64,000 nucleotides of DNA, from positions 8,261-72,260 of the forward strand of contig JAZTVX010000044.1 of NCBI GenBank assembly GCA_045635565.1, in the 5' to 3' direction. This document shows, in pieces, positions 48,071-58,629 of the stretch. Position 1 is the stretch's first letter. Each line of letters opens with the position of its first letter. The position numbers and the translations under genes are program-made. The notes under the pieces are model-generated. The model saw only the letters and a list, made by a program, of their open reading frames with translations. It did not search any database and had not been told where the DNA came from. The stretch comes from Alphaproteobacteria bacterium (GTDB lineage Bacteria > Pseudomonadota > Alphaproteobacteria > CAAHEQ01 > UBA3637).

Positions 48071-48685
48071 TTATAACGGACGAGAAGTAATGACTTCATC
48101 AATCAAACCGAATTTTTTGGCTTCTTCGGCTGTCATAAAATTATCACGTTCCATAGCTCGTTCAATTGTCGGTAAATCCTGTCCGGTTTGTTCAACATAA
48201 ATTTGATTTAATCGAGCCTTGATTGATAAAATTTCTTTGGCATGAATTTCAATGTCTGTGGCTTGACCCTGAAATCCGCCCGACGGTTGGTGTATCATAA
48301 CACGGGCATTTGGTAAAGCAAAACGCCGGCCCTTTGCACCACAACATAGTAACAAACTACCCATCGAGGCGGCTTGTCCCATCACGACCGTTGAAACCGG
48401 ACACTTGATGTAATTCATCGTATCCAAGATGGCTAAGCCGGATGTGACAACACCCCCCGGTGAGTTGATATAAAAAGATATTTCTTTTTTGGCGTTTTCT
48501 GCTTCTAAAAACAGCAGTTGAGCACAAATTAAACTGGCAACCTCGTCATTAACCTGACCTGTTAAAAAGATGATTCGTTCTTTTAACAAACGGGAATAAA
48601 TATCAAAGGCACGCTCACCTCTGCCGGTTTGTTCAACGACAGTCGGTACCAATGTATTTAAAGACGGGGCTATCCATTCACGCAT
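48071..48685 (-). CDS. clpP: ATP-dependent Clp protease proteolytic subunit
   Basis: [26 protein letters not shown], catalytic GQAASMGS and MIHQP. Confidence 0.97.
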   Translation of the reverse strand: MREWIAPSLNTLVPTVVEQTGRGERAFDIYSRLLKERIIFLTGQVNDEVASLICAQLLFLEAENAKKEISFYINSPGGVVTSGLAILDTMNYIKCPVSTVVMGQAASMGSLLLCCGAKGRRFALPNARVMIHQPSGGFQGQATDIEIHAKEILSIKARLNQIYVEQTGQDLPTIERAMERDNFMTAEEAKKFGLIDEVITSRPL

Positions 48686-48736
48686 TTTAACTCCTGTTTT
48701 TTGAAATGTTAAAAGAGGGAGGTTATCCCTCTTTCA

Positions 48737-50068
48737 TTATTTTGTTTTTGTTTTTTTTGCTTCGTCAGGATTATAAGCATATAATTCTTCGGCAGTCATT
48801 TTCTTTTCGACTGTTTGAACAACGCTTAAAATATGATCGACAACTTTTTCTTCAAACATCGGGGCTTTCAAAGCATCCAATGCTTGAGGATTTTTTTGAT
48901 AGTATTCAAAGACGACTTTTTCTTGTCCCGGATAACGACGGGCTTCTGCCATAACGGCATTTGTCAAATCTTCTTTAGATAACGTGATTTTGTTTTCATT
49001 GGCAACTTCTGCCAACAATAAACCTAAGCGAACACGACGTTCGGCAATTTGACGATATTCTGCCTTTAAATCCTCTTCAGATTTGGATTTTTCATCTTCA
49101 TCGAGTTGATTATTTTTCTTGGCTTCTTCAAATTGCTTCCAAATGGCATCAAATTCCATATCAACCATGCCTTGAGGAACATCAAAAGAATGTGCTTCTG
49201 CCAAAGCATCTAACAATGCTCGTTTTGTGTGCATACGTGCGATATTGGCATATTCTTTGTTCAATTCCGTTTTAATCATGTCTTTTAACGCATCCAATGA
49301 ATCAGAACCGAATGTTTTAGCCAATTCATCGTTCATTTCTGGTGTTTTGTATTTGCGTAATTCTTTGATATCAACTTTGAATAAGGCTTTTTTACCAGCT
49401 AAATCTTTGGCATGGTAATTTTCAGGGAATGTGACGTTAACATCAACTTTTTCACCGATTTTATGACCGGTTAATTGGTCTTCAAATCCCGGGATGAATG
49501 TGTTGGAACCTAAATCAAGGTAGTAATCTTTGCCTGTACCACCTTTAAATTCTTCACCGTCGATAGAACCGACGAAATCAATAACAATAACGTCCCCTGT
49601 TTTTGTTTCACGGTCTTCATTGATGATTTCCGTTGTTTTACGAGCGTTTGCTAATTTTTCCAAAGCGGCATCGATTTCTTTATCCGTTGCTTCACTAACG
49701 ATTTTTTCAATGGATAATGTTTTAAAATCAACCGGTTGGATTTCCGGTAATGATTCAACGTCAATTGTGTATTCAATGTCTTTACCGTCTTCAAATGTTT
49801 TGATTTCAACTTTCGGTCTTAATGCTGGACGGATTTTGTTTTCTTCAAATGTTTTTTCTGTATATGTTTGAATCAATTCATCTAAAACTTCACCTTTAAC
49901 GGCATTTGCGTATTTGGAGCGAATGATATTTAACGGGGCTTGACCCGGACGAAAACCTTGAATCTTGGCTTCTTTGCGAATTTCTTCTAACTTAGCAGTT
50001 TGTTTGTCCGTAAATTCTTTTGCGGGAATAACAACCGTAAAAGAATGAGCTAACTTATTTTTTGTCAT
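48737..50068 (-). CDS. tig: trigger factor
   Basis: 443 aa with a ribosome-binding N-domain (GFRPGQAP), a central FKBP-like domain, and a position upstream of clpP-clpX-lon. Confidence 0.93.
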   Translation of the reverse strand: MTKNKLAHSFTVVIPAKEFTDKQTAKLEEIRKEAKIQGFRPGQAPLNIIRSKYANAVKGEVLDELIQTYTEKTFEENKIRPALRPKVEIKTFEDGKDIEYTIDVESLPEIQPVDFKTLSIEKIVSEATDKEIDAALEKLANARKTTEIINEDRETKTGDVIVIDFVGSIDGEEFKGGTGKDYYLDLGSNTFIPGFEDQLTGHKIGEKVDVNVTFPENYHAKDLAGKKALFKVDIKELRKYKTPEMNDELAKTFGSDSLDALKDMIKTELNKEYANIARMHTKRALLDALAEAHSFDVPQGMVDMEFDAIWKQFEEAKKNNQLDEDEKSKSEEDLKAEYRQIAERRVRLGLLLAEVANENKITLSKEDLTNAVMAEARRYPGQEKVVFEYYQKNPQALDALKAPMFEEKVVDHILSVVQTVEKKMTAEELYAYNPDEAKKTKTK

Positions 50069-50098
50069 AACTTAAAAATCCTTTTTATATCTAAAAAA

Positions 50099-50181
50099 TG
50101 GTGCGGGCGAAGAGACTCGAACTCCCACGCTTTTGGCAACGGCTTCTAAGACCGTCGTGTCTACCATTCCACCACGCCCGC
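50099..50181 (-). tRNA. tRNA-Leu (anticodon UAG), CCA encoded
   Basis: An 83-nt fold by hand: acceptor GCGGGCG/CGCCCGC, anticodon arm ACGGT-CTTAGAA-GCCGT, long variable arm, T-loop TTCGAGT, and discriminator A plus CCA. Confidence 0.9.
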
Positions 50182-50280
50182 TCGCTTGCGAGTAATCATA
50201 TAACACATTTTTTTTAAAATTAAAAGTGTTTTTGCTTATTTTTTTGAAAAAAAATTATTTTTTAATTGTAGTAAAGTAAC

Positions 50281-50886
50281 TTACTGTTTTTTTTCTTTTT
50301 TCAATAATGCTAATCCGATTTGATATGTTTCTTTTCTCAACGTTTCATCTTCAATACAATCCGTTTTTTCTTTAAGTGATTTTAATTCTTTTGGTAATGG
50401 CTTGCGTTGAGAGATAGTGGGTTCCGGTGTCGGAAAATGCAATTTTCCCTGCATGATATGAATTTTTGAAACAGCCGGATAACCAAAAAATGTATTGATT
50501 TTTTCAATAATAATCGGTTTTTGGTGTTCAAATAAAACGGCAAAAGCCCCACCGGCACTTTTGACATGTAGTGTTCCGTTCGTACGTGTGTCTTTTTCAA
50601 ACGTTAATTTTTCGGGGCGAATGCCTTTGGCAATGTGCTCTCCGACAATATCAATCCATGATTCAATAATATCTACACCGGCAAACCCTCTCGCTCCGAG
50701 GACGGCTTTGGCAATGAAGCGGATTTCTTTTGTTAAACGCTCGGGGCCTTCAAACGTTCTTTTGCGAAACCCTTGTGCATCATGAAAATCATCACCTTTG
50801 TCATGTGCCGTTTCATCAGGACTATAATTATCCGATGAATTTTTAATACGTTTTTTGGGTTTAATAATGCGATGTGATATAGCCAT
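50281..50886 (-). CDS. DUF721/DciA-family protein
   Basis: The conserved core WIDIVGEHIAKGIRPEKLTF...GTLHVKSAGGAFAVLFEHQKPIIIEKINTFFGYPAVSKI matches the DUF721 pattern. I choose ATG 50886, one nt after the tgt stop. The ORF track start is 50931. Confidence 0.7.
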   Translation of the reverse strand: MAISHRIIKPKKRIKNSSDNYSPDETAHDKGDDFHDAQGFRKRTFEGPERLTKEIRFIAKAVLGARGFAGVDIIESWIDIVGEHIAKGIRPEKLTFEKDTRTNGTLHVKSAGGAFAVLFEHQKPIIIEKINTFFGYPAVSKIHIMQGKLHFPTPEPTISQRKPLPKELKSLKEKTDCIEDETLRKETYQIGLALLKKEKKQ

Positions 50887-50887
50887 T

Positions 50888-52009
50888 TTACATTTTTCGG
50901 TCGTTTTTATATTTTTCCATAAATTCATCATGAAAGGCTGTGTAGCGATTTTCAGAAATAGCTGTTCTGATTTGCTTCATCAGATTTTCATAAAAATGAA
51001 TGTTATGTGTTGTCAATAATATACTACCCAAAATTTCACCGGCACGGAATAAATGATGAATATATCCACGGGTGTAATTTTGACAAGCAGGACATGTGCA
51101 TTCAGCATCAATCGGTTCGTGGCTATCAATATGACAAGCGTTTCGCATATTTAAAACACCATGCGATGTAAAGGCTTGTCCTGTGCGACCGGAACGTGAC
51201 GGCATTACGCAGTCAAACATATCAACACCTCGATGAACAGCACCGACAATATCCGAGGGGCGACCGACTCCCATTAAATAACGGGGTTTGTCGTTCGGTA
51301 AGTTGCAGGCCGTATAGTCTAATACCTGAAACATAATTTCTTGTCCTTCACCAACGGCTAAACCACCAATAGCATATCCGTCAAAACCGATATCGGTTAA
51401 TGCTTGAATAGATTGTTTGCGTAAATCTTCAAACATACCCCCTTGAACGATTCCGAATAATCCATAACCATCTCGGTCGATAAAGGCTTCTTTAGACCGT
51501 TTTTCCCAACGCATAGATCGTTCCATGGATTTTTGAACAACTTTGTATTCAGCCGGATATTTGACACATTCATCAAATGCCATTGTGATGTTGGAATCAA
51601 GTAAATATTGAATTTCCATTGACCGTTCGGGGGATAAAAAGTGTTTGGCCCCATCAATATGAGAATGGAAGGTTACCCCTTCTTCCGTAATTTTGCGTAA
51701 AGCAGATAAACTCATAACTTGAAAACCACCCGAATCGGTTAAAATCGGTCCGTTCCAGTTCATAAAACGATGTAAACCGCCAAAAGATGCGACCCGTTCG
51801 GCCGTTGGTCGTAACATGAGATGATACGTATTTCCCAAGATAATCTCGGCCCCTGTTGCTTTGACGGATTCTGGTGTCATGGCTTTGACCGTGCCAACCG
51901 TGCCGACCGGCATGAATGCCGGTGTCTGAACTGTGCCGTGTGCTGTATGGAGTATTCCACAACGGGCTTTTTGGTGAGTTGCTTCAATTTTAAATTTTAA
52001 CATGGACAA
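50888..52009 (-). CDS. tgt: queuine tRNA-ribosyltransferase (tRNA-guanine transglycosylase)
   Basis: [27 protein letters not shown], and the zinc site CTCPAC...H. Confidence 0.96.
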   Translation of the reverse strand: MSMLKFKIEATHQKARCGILHTAHGTVQTPAFMPVGTVGTVKAMTPESVKATGAEIILGNTYHLMLRPTAERVASFGGLHRFMNWNGPILTDSGGFQVMSLSALRKITEEGVTFHSHIDGAKHFLSPERSMEIQYLLDSNITMAFDECVKYPAEYKVVQKSMERSMRWEKRSKEAFIDRDGYGLFGIVQGGMFEDLRKQSIQALTDIGFDGYAIGGLAVGEGQEIMFQVLDYTACNLPNDKPRYLMGVGRPSDIVGAVHRGVDMFDCVMPSRSGRTGQAFTSHGVLNMRNACHIDSHEPIDAECTCPACQNYTRGYIHHLFRAGEILGSILLTTHNIHFYENLMKQIRTAISENRYTAFHDEFMEKYKNDRKM

Positions 52010-52076
52010 ATTGTTCTTTCTGTGTTAAAGTGTGTTCAAATTTCGTGCATGATAACATATTGAAGGAATAATTTCA

Positions 52077-52829
52077 ATGAAAAAAGAAAAAAAGAAAGGT
52101 TTTTGGCATAATGCTTCCGGTTTATTTTGGGCATTTGTATTGGCTATGGGGATAAGAGCATTTTGGTTTGAACCGTATAACATTCCGTCTGGTTCTATGA
52201 TACCGACGTTGTTGATTGGTGATTATTTGTTTATTACGAAATATGATTATGGATATTCACGACATTCATTTCCTTTTTCATTACCGATTATTCCAAAAGG
52301 ACGTATTTTTGATACAATGCCGCAACAAGGCGATGTGGTTGTTTTTCGTATGACTCCGGAAATACAGCCCCAGTTGCCGACGTCGATTGATTACATTAAA
52401 CGGGTTATTGCATTGCCGGGGGATACTGTTCAAATAAAAGAAGGCAGATTGTATATCAATGATAAATTGGTTGAACGGGAACTTATCGGTATGGAAAAAA
52501 TGGTAAATGAAAAAGGTCAGGAAATGACGTATCACAAATATATTGAAACACTACCGAATGGCGTCCAACATGCAATTTATGAAATTAACGATGAATTAAA
52601 AGCAGATAATACGGATAAAGTAACCATTCCGAACGGTTATTTTTTTGCGATGGGTGATAATCGTGATAATTCGTTAGATAGCCGTTTTTTCGGTGCTGTT
52701 CCATTGGTTAATTTGGAAGGTAAAGCACGTTTTATATTTTATTCGAATAACGGGAGTGGTTATTTTTGGCAATTATGGAAATGGAATCAATTTATTCGGT
52801 GGGAACGCCTGATGGATAAGATTAAATGA
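52077..52829 (+). CDS. lepB: signal peptidase I
   Basis: Catalytic Ser box PSGSMIPTL, Lys box YIKRVIALPGD, and GDNRDNSLDSR. Confidence 0.95.
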   Translation: MKKEKKKGFWHNASGLFWAFVLAMGIRAFWFEPYNIPSGSMIPTLLIGDYLFITKYDYGYSRHSFPFSLPIIPKGRIFDTMPQQGDVVVFRMTPEIQPQLPTSIDYIKRVIALPGDTVQIKEGRLYINDKLVERELIGMEKMVNEKGQEMTYHKYIETLPNGVQHAIYEINDELKADNTDKVTIPNGYFFAMGDNRDNSLDSRFFGAVPLVNLEGKARFIFYSNNGSGYFWQLWKWNQFIRWERLMDKIK

Positions 52830-52836
52830 GGTTTGT

Positions 52837-53493
52837 ATGAATGATACGTTTCTGCCGACAAATTTAAGTCAGATATCTCCTTTGTATAAAAAAGCATTTA
52901 CTTTGGCACATCACAATAAAAAAGCCTCTTATGAACGGTTGGAATTTTTAGGGGACAGAGTTTTGGGTTTAATTATTGCTGAATTGTTATACAAACATTT
53001 TCCGTCTGAAAAAGAAGGAACATGGGCTATGCGTTTTACACGGCTTGTGTGTGAACAAACATTGGCAAATATTGCTCGGGAAATCGGTTTGCCCGAACGA
53101 TTGATTACGCAAGATGATTCATTAAGAGATAATAATTCAATTTTGGCTGATGTAGTGGAAGCATTTATTGCTGCTTTGTATTTGGATAAAGGGATGGCAT
53201 CTGCTAAAGCCTTTGTACAAAGATATTGGTTGCCTCTTTTGTTGCAACCACAAGATAAAATCAAAGATTCAAAATCGGCTTTACAGGAATGGGCTCAAAA
53301 AAATAAACATTGTTTACCTGAATATCATTTGATTGCCTGTAGAGGACCGGATCATGCTCCTCAATTTGAAATGGAAGTTCGTGTTGCCGATTCTTTCATG
53401 GTACGGGCAATCGGTTCATCTAAAAAAGAAGCCGAGCAAAAAGCAGCCGATGAATTGCTAAAACAATTGCCTTTTTCACATAATCAAAAATAA
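52837..53493 (+). CDS. rnc: ribonuclease III
   Basis: Signature ERLEFLGDRVL and a C-terminal dsRBD (SKKEAEQKAA). Confidence 0.95.
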   Translation: MNDTFLPTNLSQISPLYKKAFTLAHHNKKASYERLEFLGDRVLGLIIAELLYKHFPSEKEGTWAMRFTRLVCEQTLANIAREIGLPERLITQDDSLRDNNSILADVVEAFIAALYLDKGMASAKAFVQRYWLPLLLQPQDKIKDSKSALQEWAQKNKHCLPEYHLIACRGPDHAPQFEMEVRVADSFMVRAIGSSKKEAEQKAADELLKQLPFSHNQK

Positions 53494-53504
53494 AGGAAAT
53501 ATCT

Positions 53505-54419
53505 ATGACGGAATTTGTAACGGACACACAAAAACAACGGTTTGGATTTGTCGCTATTTTAGGGGCACCCAATGCCGGTAAATCAACATTGGTTAATCGT
53601 TTAATCGGAGCAAAAGTATCGATTGTATCTCCGAAGGTACAAACAACCCGTTCCCGTATCAGGGGTATTTTTATCGAAGATGATGTTCAATTGGTTTTGG
53701 TTGATACTCCTGGGATTTTTAAAGCCTCTCGTCGATTCGATAGAGCCATGGTTGCCTCTGCTTGGACGGAATCAGATGAAACAGATATACGTTTATTAGT
53801 TGTCGATGCACAAAAAGGGATGGATAAAAATACGGATGCCATTATCACGTCACTTCAAAAGAATAAACAAAAAGCAGTCTTGGTTATCAATAAAATTGAT
53901 TTAATTTCGAAAGACAAATTGTTGCCGTTGATTGCAACATTAAGTCAACGGGGTATCTTTACCGAAACATTTTTGATTTCGGCACAAACGGGTGAAAAAA
54001 CAGATGAATTAAAACAGTATTTGAAAGAAATGGCTCCGATATCGCCTTGGATGTTTCCAGATGATCAATTATCTGATTTGCCGAATCGGTTATTTGCTGC
54101 CGAAATTACACGGGAAAAGATGTTTTTGTTGTTACAGCAGGAATTACCTTATACTGTTGCTGTTACGACAACCAATTGGGAAGAAAAAGAAAACGGTATT
54201 CGTATTGAACAAACCATTTTTGTTGAACGGGCAGGGATTAAACCGATTGTTGTCGGTAAAGGTGGTTCTATGATTCGTAAAATCGGTGAATCAGCTCGAC
54301 GAGAATTAACAAAATTATTTGAACAACCTGTACATTTGTTTTTGACGGTTCGTGTTAAGGAAAATTGGGCAGATGATCCGGCCCGTTTTGCCGAGTGGGG
54401 ATTGGATTATAACGTTTAA
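53505..54419 (+). CDS. era: GTPase Era
   Basis: G1 GAPNAGKST, G3 DTPG, G4 NKID, and a C-terminal KH domain. Confidence 0.95.
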   Translation: MTEFVTDTQKQRFGFVAILGAPNAGKSTLVNRLIGAKVSIVSPKVQTTRSRIRGIFIEDDVQLVLVDTPGIFKASRRFDRAMVASAWTESDETDIRLLVVDAQKGMDKNTDAIITSLQKNKQKAVLVINKIDLISKDKLLPLIATLSQRGIFTETFLISAQTGEKTDELKQYLKEMAPISPWMFPDDQLSDLPNRLFAAEITREKMFLLLQQELPYTVAVTTTNWEEKENGIRIEQTIFVERAGIKPIVVGKGGSMIRKIGESARRELTKLFEQPVHLFLTVRVKENWADDPARFAEWGLDYNV

Positions 54420-54436
54420 AGAAAGAATTGTATCCA

Positions 54437-55147
54437 ATGCCGATGTTTAAAACGGAAAAAGCCCTTTTATTACATATTCATCCTTTGGGAGAGAGGGCTT
54501 TTATGTTATCGGTATTCACATCTGATAAGGGGCGTTATGTCGGTGTTGTTAAGGCAAAAAAAACAGCAGATATTGCGTCATTGTTGGATGTGCGTTGGCA
54601 AGCCCGATTAGAAGAACAAAGTGGGACGTTTTATGTTGATAATGCGACATCGGTTGTTATTGATTATTTAGATGATAAAATTCGATTGGCATTGATACAA
54701 ACGGTTTGTGAGTTATTGCATTGCTTGTTGCCCGAACGCCAGCCCATGGATGATTTATATCGGGATACGATGAGTTTATTAGATTCATTGGACAGCAATC
54801 GAATCATTGTTCACTATGTTGCGTGGGAAATAAAGTTACTTCAATCTATTGGATTTGGACTTGATTTAACAAGTTGTGCCGGTGGTGGAAATCGATTAGA
54901 TTTAGCATATGTGTCGCCTAGAACAGGGAGAGCCGTTAGTCGTGAAAAAGGATTGCCATATCATGATAAATTATTGGAATTACCCCGTTTTATGTGGGAT
55001 AAGAAAGCATCGGTTACACAGGCAGACATATTGAGTGCATTTATCATAACGACTCACTTTTTTACGATTCATGCCGGTATGAAACAATTGCCGATGGCAC
55101 GTGAACGCCTGATTCATTATGTGACTACTCGGAAATTGTCTTTTTAA
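54437..55147 (+). CDS. recO: DNA repair protein RecO
   Basis: Position after era, OB-fold N-terminus (EKALLLHIHPLGERAFMLSVFTSDKGRYVGVVKA), about 236 aa. The start is ambiguous: TTG 54428, ATG 54437 or ATG 54443. Confidence 0.85.
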   Translation: MPMFKTEKALLLHIHPLGERAFMLSVFTSDKGRYVGVVKAKKTADIASLLDVRWQARLEEQSGTFYVDNATSVVIDYLDDKIRLALIQTVCELLHCLLPERQPMDDLYRDTMSLLDSLDSNRIIVHYVAWEIKLLQSIGFGLDLTSCAGGGNRLDLAYVSPRTGRAVSREKGLPYHDKLLELPRFMWDKKASVTQADILSAFIITTHFFTIHAGMKQLPMARERLIHYVTTRKLSF

Positions 55148-55559
55148 AAGCCAGTCGTTTGAGAAAAATATAGTTCAAAATAGCAACTATAATCAAACAA
55201 ATGATTTGTGCCGTATAAGGATTATTGATGAGGAAAGTTGTTATCAACCATAGCAAAGCCATATTAAAAAGGTAGGAAAGTTCCCAAACGGCTAAGCAAC
55301 CGATAAATTCCTTGACGTAATTGCCTCTCGTGTTAAAGACGTAGAATTTTTGTGTTAAATAACTGTTGAAAGATGACAATATAAAACTCAAAAACAAGGC
55401 TGTTTGAGGTAATTCATTTCCTGATAAAAATAAAAAGAGGGCATATAAGAGATATGAAAAAACCGTGTTATAGCCTCCGACCAAAACAAAGCGTATTTTT
55501 TCGGGTAATCGTAGCCAAACACGGTAAATGGACAAATAAAGGTTAATCACTGTTTTCAT
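55125..55559 (-). CDS. GtrA-family membrane protein
   Basis: 144 aa with four TM segments and N-terminal RFVLVGGYNTVFSYLLY, typical of GtrA. Its 3' end overlaps the recO 3' end. Confidence 0.75.
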   Translation of the reverse strand: MKTVINLYLSIYRVWLRLPEKIRFVLVGGYNTVFSYLLYALFLFLSGNELPQTALFLSFILSSFNSYLTQKFYVFNTRGNYVKEFIGCLAVWELSYLFNMALLWLITTFLINNPYTAQIICLIIVAILNYIFLKRLAFKKTISE

Positions 55560-55633
55560 ACGTCACTTATATTGAAATCCGATATTTTACCAACAGATGA
55601 CAAGGATAAAAAGATTTGATAAGATATCTTGAA

Positions 55634-56962
55634 CTATCGTGTGGTGGATAAATGGTCATTTAAGTTTTTATCATTCAAGTTTTTATCGGTTTTTTCTTCC
55701 GGTACTTTTGAACCAACACGACTCAACGTTGCACAACATGTCGGTGTGGGTGTTGATTCTGCTCTTGTATCTGTCAATGTTGGAGGTGATGGAAACTTTG
55801 TGCTACAAGGTTCTTTGGTAGGAGGCGTTTGTTCGTTTGACTCTTTTTTTGTTGGTAAAGATGTTTGTTGTTCTGGTGGAGTATGTGAATTTTCATCGAA
55901 AAACATAGGCATTATATTTTTTGTTATTGGAGCTAGTAATGGTGCACCTGACATTTCCTTTGCTACGGCATCATAAAGAGCAGGGTTCTTACGACAAGCA
56001 TTCCAAAATGCAGGTGAACAGTCTGCCATATATTGCTTCCCTGAAACAAAACATTGAAGGGCTTCTTCGGGAGGCATTTCTGTATATACCTGCGTTAAAT
56101 TTTGTTGTGCCACAGTATATGCGTCCTTATGGGATCCTTTCTCATCCCGTTTTTTTGCATGTGCACATGCAACCATACAGTCTAATGCGATTTCACCTCG
56201 AACAGTTTTTTCACTTTCACTACCACCTTTGGGCATTTTGTCGAGTTGCCGCTTATTATTATTATTCCACTGTTGAAAAAGTTGTGCATCCGTTTTACGT
56301 GTTTCTTCATCATCGGGATTTTGTTGTAATCTTCTCCAACTTTCGTCTGATAAAGAAATCATACATTTGCGACGATGTGCAGATTTTTTCTTGTATTGTT
56401 GGCAAGCTTCTTTCTCTGCCTGTTCGGAAGGATAATCGGTTTCTAACAATCGTTGTGTTGCTCGTTCGGAACGTTTGAAAATACCACGTTGCACTTTTAA
56501 TAAAACTGGTGCCGGCAGGGTGCGTAACATTTCTGTTCTTTTGCGTGAATCTGTTTCGTCTAGGAAATTATCAACCAGTTTTTCTTCTTCCTGTGAGAGA
56601 GGTTCAATGGTTTGTTGTCTTTGTGTTTCAGCAATGACTGCCTGTTTCGTTTCAGCAACTGATTGTGCTATCATGACTTGATTTACGCCAGAGTCTTTTG
56701 TTGAGCCGATTGTGCCATTCGTGCCTTGTAACGTTTGATGAATGACTTGTTGAATGTGTTCCGGAAACTTTGCGGCTTCTGCCTGTTTAATGTTTTCCGA
56801 TAATGGAACAGATGCAATCTGTTGACTTAATTCCTTTAAACGTGGTTCAGATACATTGCCTGATGCAACCATCTCAGCAATTGCCAAATAATTGGAACGC
56901 AATGTAACTAAATCATTTTCTTTTGATTGTGTTTTTTCCGTGTTTTGAGTTGCTTCAACCAT
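55634..56962 (-). CDS. hypothetical protein (ORFan) sharing an N-terminal module with the 750-aa repeat protein
   Basis: GGAGG lies 7 nt upstream of ATG 56962 (the ORF track start at 56980 includes the SD). Strong promoter upstream. The C-terminus is Pro/Thr/Ser-rich. Confidence 0.6.
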   Translation of the reverse strand: MVEATQNTEKTQSKENDLVTLRSNYLAIAEMVASGNVSEPRLKELSQQIASVPLSENIKQAEAAKFPEHIQQVIHQTLQGTNGTIGSTKDSGVNQVMIAQSVAETKQAVIAETQRQQTIEPLSQEEEKLVDNFLDETDSRKRTEMLRTLPAPVLLKVQRGIFKRSERATQRLLETDYPSEQAEKEACQQYKKKSAHRRKCMISLSDESWRRLQQNPDDEETRKTDAQLFQQWNNNNKRQLDKMPKGGSESEKTVRGEIALDCMVACAHAKKRDEKGSHKDAYTVAQQNLTQVYTEMPPEEALQCFVSGKQYMADCSPAFWNACRKNPALYDAVAKEMSGAPLLAPITKNIMPMFFDENSHTPPEQQTSLPTKKESNEQTPPTKEPCSTKFPSPPTLTDTRAESTPTPTCCATLSRVGSKVPEEKTDKNLNDKNLNDHLSTTR

Positions 56963-56998
56963 TTGCTTGTCCTCCAACATAATACATATATAACCTAC

Positions 56999-57027
56999 AT
57001 TTTATCATCAAAACGATATATTGTCAA
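56999..57027 (-). promoter_or_regulatory. extended -10 promoter of the 442-aa ORFan
   Basis: Minus strand: TTGACA (57027-57022), 17-nt spacer, TG-A-TAAAAT (-10 at 57004-56999). Confidence 0.6.
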
Positions 57028-57092
57028 ACATTTTATGCTTGCAATTTAAATGGAAAGTTTTTATGCTGTAAAACAAAGAAAGGGAATGCATA

Positions 57093-58622
57093 ATGATGTT
57101 ACAAAAAATAAAATATATTTTGTCATTGTTGTTAACGACACTCATGGTTGTAAAAACAGCACATGCTGATGTTTTTGATTATCAAAATGTCGTTTCATTA
57201 GCGCAAAAAATGTCTTTTTCTCCTTTTGAAACTAAAAAACCTGATTTGCCGTCTGAGTTGTCGGAAATGAATTATGATGATTTTCGTTCTATTCGATACA
57301 AACGCGAAGAAGGCCCTTGGTATCATCAAAATATCCCGTTTGAAATGCAGTTTTTTCACATGGGCTCCATTTATCAAAATTCTGTACGGGTTAATCAGTT
57401 GATTGCTGGCAAAGAATATTATATTCCTTATACACCCAAAGCATTTACCTTAAAAGATAAACCGATGATGAATATTCAGGGGGATATTGATTATGCCGGT
57501 TTTCGGTTGCATTATCCACTTAATAAGCCAGATTATTATGATGAGTTGATAGCCTTTTTGGGGGCCAGTTATTTTCGGGCTTTGGGTAAAGATCAAAAAT
57601 ACGGTTTATCGGCACGGGGCTTGGCTGTTGATACGGGCATGTCAACCGGTGAAGAGTTTCCGATATTTAAAGAATTTTGGGTTAAACGACCGGCATTTCG
57701 TCAACGAAATATGGTGATTTATGCGTTATTGGATAGTCCTCGAATCGTGGGAGCATATCAGTTTTTTATTCAGCCCGGAAAAAATACCAAAATCGATGTA
57801 ACGGCAACGTTATTTCCCCGTGACGATATTCAAAAAGTGGGTATAGCCCCGTTAACCAGCATGTATTTGTTTGGCGAAAATACAAAAAACAGATTTTTTG
57901 ATTACCGGCCGGAAGTTCATGATAGTGATGGGTTGTTAGTACATAACGGTAATGATGAATGGCTGTGGCGTCCGTTGGATAACGCTCGTCAATTGCGTAT
58001 GAGTTCATTTCATGATAATAAACCGAAAGGATTCGGTTTAATGCAACGTGATCGAAATGCACATCATTATCAGGATTTGGAAGCCTTTTATGAAGAACGG
58101 CCAAGCGTTTGGATTGAGCCATTGGACGGTTTTGACAAAGGACGTGTTCATTTGGTTGAAATTCCCTCTGAAAAAGAAATACATGATAATGTTGTTGCTT
58201 TTTGGTGGCCGGATAAACCGATTGAAAAAGGCAAAATGTACACATTTAAATATCGTATGAATTGGATTAAAGAGGAACCCGAAACATTTCCCAATGCCAA
58301 AGTTGTATCAACACATGTCGGGGCAGGGGGTGTTGCCGGTAGTGAAAATGATGCTATGATAAAATACGTCATTGACTATCAAGGGACGGCATTTGATGGA
58401 TTTAAATCAGTTGATGAATTGACTGCTGATGTATCTGTTGATAATGGTCAGATTCATCATCCTGTCGTTCAATTTAATTCATTGACAGGTGGATATCGCT
58501 TATTTTTTGATTTTGAACCGAATGGTAAAACAGCTGAATTGAGGGCTTTTATTAAATCAAAAAGGGAAAAAGATAAAAATCGTATATTGACGGAAGTTTG
58601 GTCATATCAATATTTACCATAG
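57093..58622 (+). CDS. opgG: periplasmic glucan biosynthesis protein OpgG/MdoG
   Basis: Signal peptide and MdoG-family sequence throughout (FRLHYPLN, ASYFRALG, GLSARGLAVDT, FPIFKEFW, ALLDSP). 509 aa. Confidence 0.9.
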   Translation: MMLQKIKYILSLLLTTLMVVKTAHADVFDYQNVVSLAQKMSFSPFETKKPDLPSELSEMNYDDFRSIRYKREEGPWYHQNIPFEMQFFHMGSIYQNSVRVNQLIAGKEYYIPYTPKAFTLKDKPMMNIQGDIDYAGFRLHYPLNKPDYYDELIAFLGASYFRALGKDQKYGLSARGLAVDTGMSTGEEFPIFKEFWVKRPAFRQRNMVIYALLDSPRIVGAYQFFIQPGKNTKIDVTATLFPRDDIQKVGIAPLTSMYLFGENTKNRFFDYRPEVHDSDGLLVHNGNDEWLWRPLDNARQLRMSSFHDNKPKGFGLMQRDRNAHHYQDLEAFYEERPSVWIEPLDGFDKGRVHLVEIPSEKEIHDNVVAFWWPDKPIEKGKMYTFKYRMNWIKEEPETFPNAKVVSTHVGAGGVAGSENDAMIKYVIDYQGTAFDGFKSVDELTADVSVDNGQIHHPVVQFNSLTGGYRLFFDFEPNGKTAELRAFIKSKREKDKNRILTEVWSYQYLP

Positions 58623-58629
58623 GGGTAAC

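Noticed and set aside
55629-55976. 115-aa plus-strand ORF rich in Gly/Val/Ser
   Set aside because: It lies antisense to the Pro/Thr-rich 3' end of the 442-aa ORFan. The composition is the complement of that low-complexity region.
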